A stretch of 64,000 nucleotides of DNA, from contig CAYTJQ010000006.1 in assembly GCA_964438205.1 (NCBI GenBank), positions 19,594 through 83,593 on the forward strand. Reading direction: 5' to 3'. Shown piece after piece: positions 58,872 to 64,000 of this stretch (position 1 is the stretch's first letter; each line of letters begins with the position of its first letter). A program made the position numbers and the translations under genes. The notes beneath the pieces were generated by a model. That model saw nothing but the letters and a program-made list of their open reading frames with translations. It was not told the DNA's origin and ran no database searches. The DNA comes from an uncultured Alteromonadaceae bacterium (GTDB lineage Bacteria > Pseudomonadota > Gammaproteobacteria > Pseudomonadales > Halieaceae).

Positions 58872-60980
58872 ATGTCCCCTGCGCAGGAAACCGGGCTCGA
58901 TGCGGCCATGCTCGAGCGGCTGGAGAAGCTGGCGGTCAATATCCCCGGCGTGATCTACCAGTACCAGCAGTGGCCGGACGGGCGCAGCGCATTCCCTTAC
59001 TCCAGCGGCGGCATGCTCGCGATCTACGGGGTCCGGCCGGAGCAGGTGCTGGACGATGCCAGTGTCGTTTTCGAGCGCATACACGTCGATGACTTCGACC
59101 AGGTCGCGGCGTCCATCAATGCATCCGCCGAAGCACTGACGCCCTGGGCTTGTACTTACCGGATCTGCGATCCGGACAGGGGGATTCGCTGGCTCGAGGG
59201 GGAAGCGACGCCGGAAACGCAGCCGGACGGCAGCGTGCTCTGGCACGGCTACATCCGCGATGTGACGCAGCGGGTTATCGAGCAGCGCCAGCGCGAGGAA
59301 CTGGAGCGGGATCGCCGCCTCGCCGCCGCGGTCTTCGAGAACAGCACCGAGGCAATCGTCATCTGCGACGCGGACAACCGCATCGTCCGGGTGAACGAGG
59401 CCTTCGTCGATATCACCGGCTACAGCCGCGAGGAGGCCCTCGGTCGCAACCCCGGGTTCCTTTCCTCCGGACAGCAGGACGGCGATTTCTACGCGGCCAT
59501 GTGGGCGGCGCTCGAGCGCGACGGCGCCTGGCGCGGCGAGGTCTGGAACCGGCGCAAGGACGGCCAACCCTACGCCCAGCTGCTCGCGATCTCGGTGCTC
59601 AGCGACGAAGACGGTACCGTTCGCAACTACCTGGCCGTGGCCACGGACATCACCCCGCTGAAGCGCTACGAGGAGGAGCTCGAACAGCGGGCCAACTACG
59701 ACCCCCTCACCGGCGTACCGAACCGGCGGCTGCTTACCGACCGCGTGCTTCAGGGTCTGCGCCGGGCCCAGCGCAGCGGCAAGGCCCTCGCCCTCTGCTA
59801 CCTCGACCTCGACAACTTCAAGCCGGTCAACGATCGTTTCGGTCACAGCACCGGTGACGCGGTGCTGAGCGAGCTGGCGAGGCGGCTGGTCCGGGAGATG
59901 CGCAGCGACGACACCGTCGCCCGCCTCGGCGGCGATGAGTTCGTGCTGCTGTTCAATGACGTGGATCTGGCCCGCCACGAGCTGGCCGGCCTGCTCGATC
60001 GCGTTCTCGGTGCGGTGCGCGCGCCGCTGCTTCTCGAGGGCGTGGAACACCGGCTGACGGCGAGCATCGGCGTCGCCCTGTCACCCCCCGACGCGGCGGA
60101 GCCCGACCTTCTCATCCGCCACGCGGACCAGGCGATGTACCGGGCCAAGGAGCAGGGCCGCAACGGGCACGTTTTCTACGATGCCGAGGAGGACCGCAAG
60201 CAGGAGGCGGCCCAGCGCTGGCGGGCGCGGATCTCCGAGGCGATCGAGACCGGGGAACTGTTCCTCGTCTACCAGCCGGTCATCGACCTCGTTACCGGCG
60301 AACCCATCAGCCTCGAGGCCCTGGTCCGCTGGCAGCACCCCGAGCGCGGCACGCTGCTGCCCGATGCCTTTATTCCGGCGGTTAACGGCACACCGCTGGA
60401 GATCGTGCTTGGCGACAAGGTGATCGCGCTCGCCCTCGAGCAGCTCGAGCAGTGGCGGGCCATGGGTCTTGAAGTGCCGGTGAGTATTAATATCAGTGCC
60501 CAGCAGCTCCTCGAGGCCAGCTTCGCTGACAAGCTGCAGGGGCAGCTCGCGGCCCACCCCGCCCTCGTGCCCGGGGATCTTTCGCTGGAGATTCTCGAGT
60601 CCTCCGCCCTGGCCAATGTCGAACACGCGCGACGCGTGCTCGAGGACTGCGCCCGGGCCGGCTTCCGCGTCGCCCTCGACGATTTCGGGACCGGCTACTC
60701 CTCGCTCTCCTATTTCCGTTTCCTGCCGGTGGACACGGTAAAGATCGACCGCAGCTTCGTCTGCGACATGCTTCGCGACCCGGCGGACATGGACATCGTG
60801 CGCAGCGTCATCGGCCTCGCCCAGGCCTTTGATCGCCGGGTCATCGCCGAGGGCGTGGAGAACAACGCCCTCGCGACCCGGCTTCGCGAGCTCGGCTGTC
60901 CCTACGGCCAGGGTTACGGGATTTCCCGCCCCATGCCGGCGGCATCGGTAGCCGAGTGGGTCGAGCGGCACCTCGGCTGA
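58872..60980 (+). CDS. PAS-PAS-GGDEF-EAL c-di-GMP signalling protein
   Basis: 702 aa with two PAS modules, RLGGDEFVLLF (GGDEF), and SLEALVRW plus DDFGTGYSSLSY (EAL). Confidence 0.9.
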   Translation: MSPAQETGLDAAMLERLEKLAVNIPGVIYQYQQWPDGRSAFPYSSGGMLAIYGVRPEQVLDDASVVFERIHVDDFDQVAASINASAEALTPWACTYRICDPDRGIRWLEGEATPETQPDGSVLWHGYIRDVTQRVIEQRQREELERDRRLAAAVFENSTEAIVICDADNRIVRVNEAFVDITGYSREEALGRNPGFLSSGQQDGDFYAAMWAALERDGAWRGEVWNRRKDGQPYAQLLAISVLSDEDGTVRNYLAVATDITPLKRYEEELEQRANYDPLTGVPNRRLLTDRVLQGLRRAQRSGKALALCYLDLDNFKPVNDRFGHSTGDAVLSELARRLVREMRSDDTVARLGGDEFVLLFNDVDLARHELAGLLDRVLGAVRAPLLLEGVEHRLTASIGVALSPPDAAEPDLLIRHADQAMYRAKEQGRNGHVFYDAEEDRKQEAAQRWRARISEAIETGELFLVYQPVIDLVTGEPISLEALVRWQHPERGTLLPDAFIPAVNGTPLEIVLGDKVIALALEQLEQWRAMGLEVPVSINISAQQLLEASFADKLQGQLAAHPALVPGDLSLEILESSALANVEHARRVLEDCARAGFRVALDDFGTGYSSLSYFRFLPVDTVKIDRSFVCDMLRDPADMDIVRSVIGLAQAFDRRVIAEGVENNALATRLRELGCPYGQGYGISRPMPAASVAEWVERHLG

Positions 60981-61094
60981 AGAAGCGGTCGCAGTGCTCT
61001 TTCAACCGGCGCGACGACTCGACACTGGGCTTTGCCGGGGCCTTTGGCGTATCCTCCCGTAGCCCCGATCAATAACTCAGCAAGGGAGTATGCA

Positions 61095-61859
61095 ATGAGC
61101 GTTTATCGTTTCCCGCAGGGCGCGGCACTGGTCTTCGGCGGTTCCGGCGGTCTCGGCGGCGGCGTGGTCCGCCTGCTGGCGCAGAGCGGAACCGACGTGG
61201 CCTTCACCTACCACAAGAATCGCGATGCCGCCGAGGACAACCTCAAGGCCATCGAGGACGCGGGCCAGCAGGGCCACATCGGCAGCGTGGATCTCCTCGA
61301 TCTCCCCGCCGTCGAGGCCTTCGCCGGCGAGGTGAAAGCGAAGTTCGGGCGCATCCACTCGGTCGTTTTCGCCACCGGGCCTTTCCTGCACATCCTGCCG
61401 ATCATGGACGCGGAGCCGCAGGTCTTCTACGACACCCTCGATGCCGACGTGAAGGGCTTCTACCACGCGCTCAAGGCCGTGGTCCCGCACCTGCGCGAAG
61501 GCGGCGGCGGGTCCATCACCGCGCTGACCACCGCGGCGATCCCCCGCTACATCGCTACCGATGGCCTGTCCTCCATTCCCAAGGCGGGCGTGCAGCACCT
61601 GTGCACGGCGATCGCCCGGGAAGAAGGCGCGAACAACATCCGCGCGAACTGCGTGGCCGTGGGTCTGATTGCGATCGGCCTGTCCCAGGAGATCGATTCG
61701 CCCCCCGGCGGCATCCTCGACCAGTGGACCAGGCAGGTCGCCCTCGGCCGCCCCGGCGCGCCGGAGGAACTGTTCGATACGGTAGTTTTCCTCGCTTCCG
61801 AGAATGCCGGTTATATCAGCGGCCAGTCCTTGCCGGTCGACGGCGGCTACTCCGCCTGA
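61095..61859 (+). CDS. Short-chain dehydrogenase/reductase (SDR)
   Basis: MSVYRF...VFGGSGGLGGGV cofactor motif, with GGGAG upstream of ATG 61095. Confidence 0.85.
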   Translation: MSVYRFPQGAALVFGGSGGLGGGVVRLLAQSGTDVAFTYHKNRDAAEDNLKAIEDAGQQGHIGSVDLLDLPAVEAFAGEVKAKFGRIHSVVFATGPFLHILPIMDAEPQVFYDTLDADVKGFYHALKAVVPHLREGGGGSITALTTAAIPRYIATDGLSSIPKAGVQHLCTAIAREEGANNIRANCVAVGLIAIGLSQEIDSPPGGILDQWTRQVALGRPGAPEELFDTVVFLASENAGYISGQSLPVDGGYSA

Positions 61860-61861
61860 GT

Positions 61862-61890
61862 CCGCCCCGCCGCTGCGGCCGGCGGGGCGG
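61862..61890 (+). terminator. Strong GC hairpin after the SDR gene
   Basis: CCGCCCCGCCG-ctgcggc-CGGCGGGGCGG, a perfect 11-bp stem. There is no U-tract. Confidence 0.4.
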
Positions 61891-61958
61891 TGAACCTGAT
61901 GGTGGCCTGGCGGCTTCGACCGCGTGGACGGCGACGGCGGGTTCATCTCCCTGCCCCG

Positions 61959-63707
61959 ATGACCGTTCGCGCCCGACGCGCGTTCGCGGTGCTGGCCCTG
62001 GTCGCGGGCCCGGTTGTGAGCTTCACTGCCGGCGCCGTCGCCGCACCCGCGCCGAACCTCGTCCTGGTGGTCGTCGACGACGCCGGTCTCATGGACTTCA
62101 GCGCCTACGGTGGTGAAATCGCGACGCCGACCATCGATGCCCTAGCCCGCCGCGGTGCGCGCTTTACGGACTACCGTACCTCGCCGCTGTGCGCACCCTC
62201 GCGCGCCATGCTGCTCACCGGGCTGGACAGCCACCGCACGGGGATCGCCACCATCCCGGAGGTTCTGTCGCCGGAACAGGCCGGCGCGCCGGGCTACGGG
62301 ATGCGCCTCGCCGAGGGTGTCACGACCGTCGCCGAGCACCTGCGCGACGCTGGCTACCGCACGCTGATGACGGGCAAGTGGCACCTGGGCCACGGCGAGG
62401 GGGACCTGCCGGTCGACCACGGCTTCGACCGCTCCTTCGCGCTCGACGCCTCGGGGGCCGACAACTGGTCGCAGGCGCCCTACATGCCCTACTACGACAG
62501 CGCGCCCTGGTTCGAGGACGGTGAGCCCGCGACCCTGCCGGAGGATTTCTATTCCTCGCGCTTCATCGTCGACCGGATGGTCGAATACCTCGATGACACG
62601 CCCCTGGACAAGCCTTTCTTCGCCTACCTGGCGTTCCAGGCGATCCACATCCCCGTGCAGGCGCCGGCCGCTTTCATCGACCCCTACCGCTCGCGCTACG
62701 CAGACGGCTGGGCGGCCCTGCGCGAGGAACGCGCGCAGCGGGCGCGAGCGAGCGGCCTGTTCCCGCTCTCGGCTCCGCTGGCACCCCTGCCCCCGGCGGC
62801 CCCGCCGTGGGATGCCCTGGCGCCGGAAGAACAGGCACTGTGGGCCGCGCGCATGGCGGCGAACGCCGGCATGATGACGGCCATGGACCACGAGCTCGGC
62901 CGCTTTCTCGAGGCACTGGGGCGCCGGGGGCTAGCCGACAACACGGTGTTCATCATTGTCTCGGACAACGGCCCGGCGCCGAGCCGCGCGGACGACGACT
63001 GGCGCATGCGGCTCTGGCTGGCAGCGCAGGGCTACCGGCTCGATGCCGGGAACATCGGCGGACCGGGGAGCTATGCGTTTATCGGCCCGGGCTGGGCCGC
63101 CGCGGCGGCCTCACCCCTGGACCGCTACAAGTTCACCGCCGCCGAGGGCGGCGTCCGCGTCCCGCTCATCATTGCCGGCGTGGGCGTTCCGCAGCTGTCT
63201 GACGCCTTCACCATGGCCACGGACATCACCCCGACCCTGCTCGAGCTGGCCGGTCGGACCGACCTGGCCGGCGCGCTCGATGGCCGCAGCCTCCTGCCGC
63301 TGCTGCGCGGCGAGGCGGACAGCGTCTACGGTGCAGACGAGGCCGTGGGCCTGGAGGTGGCGGGCAATGCCGCGCTCTACCGCGGGCATTACAAGCTGGT
63401 GCGCAATCTGCCCCCCTGGGGCGAGGGCCGCTGGCGGCTCTTCGACCTGGAAGCCGATCCGGGCGAGACCCGTGACCTTGCGCAGGCGCGCCCGGCACTG
63501 CGCGACGAGCTGGCGGCGGCCTACGACCAGTATGCGGCGCGGGTCGGCGTTCAACCCATGCCCGAGGGCTACCGCTCCACGGAGCAACTCGAGCGCAACG
63601 CGACCGCGCGCATGCTGGCGCTGTACGGGCCGAAGCTCGGCGCGGGAATCGTGCTGTTCTTCATGGCGGCCATGGTCGTCCTCGTTCTGCGGCGCCGCTC
63701 ACAGTAG
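61959..63707 (+). CDS. Arylsulfatase (Cys-type, formylglycine-dependent), exported with a C-terminal hydrophobic tail
   Basis: SPLCAPSRAMLLTG (C-x-P-x-R). N-terminal RARRAFAVLALVAG signal (possible Tat). C-terminal GAGIVLFFMAAMVVLVLRRRSQ. Confidence 0.85.
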   Translation: MTVRARRAFAVLALVAGPVVSFTAGAVAAPAPNLVLVVVDDAGLMDFSAYGGEIATPTIDALARRGARFTDYRTSPLCAPSRAMLLTGLDSHRTGIATIPEVLSPEQAGAPGYGMRLAEGVTTVAEHLRDAGYRTLMTGKWHLGHGEGDLPVDHGFDRSFALDASGADNWSQAPYMPYYDSAPWFEDGEPATLPEDFYSSRFIVDRMVEYLDDTPLDKPFFAYLAFQAIHIPVQAPAAFIDPYRSRYADGWAALREERAQRARASGLFPLSAPLAPLPPAAPPWDALAPEEQALWAARMAANAGMMTAMDHELGRFLEALGRRGLADNTVFIIVSDNGPAPSRADDDWRMRLWLAAQGYRLDAGNIGGPGSYAFIGPGWAAAAASPLDRYKFTAAEGGVRVPLIIAGVGVPQLSDAFTMATDITPTLLELAGRTDLAGALDGRSLLPLLRGEADSVYGADEAVGLEVAGNAALYRGHYKLVRNLPPWGEGRWRLFDLEADPGETRDLAQARPALRDELAAAYDQYAARVGVQPMPEGYRSTEQLERNATARMLALYGPKLGAGIVLFFMAAMVVLVLRRRSQ

Positions 63708-64000
63708 TTCGTCGAACTCGATGCCATCGCTGCCGGCCGGCAGCGTCACTCGCAGGCCGTCCACGCCGACCCGCAGCGGCCCGTCGAAATGGTCGGGAGC
63801 CTCACCGAGGAAGGCGCTTTCGAGGTAGGCCCCGGGCAACGGCGGCACGAGGTGATACAGCACGAGCGCCCCGACACCGGCTGCCTCGGCGGCGCGGGCG
63901 GCATCCACCGGCGAGGCGTGATAGTCGAGGATGTCATCCATGATCCGGGCCGTATTGGCAGCCCCTTCCCGGCTCAGCGCATCGCGCAGCGCCCTCACCA
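63699..64000 (-). CDS. MBL-fold hydrolase (RNase Z/ElaC-like), C-terminal part only, truncated by the window end
   Basis: HASPVDAARAAEAAGVGALVLYHLVP is typical of the C-terminal His motif region of MBL-fold hydrolases. The ORF runs off the window. Confidence 0.5.
   Translation of the reverse strand, partial: VRALRDALSREGAANTARIMDDILDYHASPVDAARAAEAAGVGALVLYHLVPPLPGAYLESAFLGEAPDHFDGPLRVGVDGLRVTLPAGSDGIEFDELL

Noticed and set aside
1-64000. CRISPR arrays, transposases, integrases, prophage genes and classical defence systems (RM, CBASS, retron, Gabija and others).
   Set aside because: There are no regularly spaced direct repeats and no ORFs with the corresponding signatures. The only helicase-nuclease pair fits AddAB architecture and sits in native-GC housekeeping context.

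Overview
High-GC, gene-dense chromosomal segment. Hand counts on sample 60-nt lines give about 70-77% GC in core genes. The gene content looks gammaproteobacterial; a halophilic or alkaliphilic Ectothiorhodospiraceae-like origin is only a guess. I can support about 60 genes. Recognisable housekeeping blocks are: lon (3' part)-hupB-ppiD; ETF-ubiquinone oxidoreductase and etfBA; cysI-DUF934; metH-DUF2970; nfuA; DAHP synthase; an AddAB-type helicase-nuclease pair; an RND efflux pair; mltD-gloB next to methyltransferase-rnhA-dnaQ; a nine-gene Mrp-like cation/proton antiporter cluster; nudC; sohB; Zn-dehydrogenase; PAS-GGDEF-EAL; SDR; arylsulfatase. I recognised no rRNA, tRNA, CRISPR, transposase or integrase. 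Many long ORFs in the track are antisense shadows of real genes, as is typical of high-GC DNA, and several track ORFs needed their starts trimmed. The regions most worth a second look are: (1) a roughly 3.4 kb low-GC (about 47-55%) island at 13.9-17.3 kb that encodes only small orphan envelope proteins plus a GNAT; (2) a translationally coupled four-gene operon of sulfotransferase, GT4 glycosyltransferase, DUF2334 deacetylase-like protein and AvtA-like aminotransferase, wedged between ETF-QO and etfBA; (3) a sulfide-oxidation operon (persulfide dioxygenase, a DUF442-SQR fusion, SulP) with a good sigma54 promoter and a divergent FisR-like activator carrying a C-X10-C-X6-C triad; (4) an Mrp-like cluster with three MrpD-like subunits and an embedded unannotated small membrane protein; (5) a roughly 690 bp non-coding region bounded by AT-rich inverted repeats, including a perfect 16-bp palindrome. 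None of these can be proven novel from sequence alone. Every functional call is by motif and family recognition without database searches.
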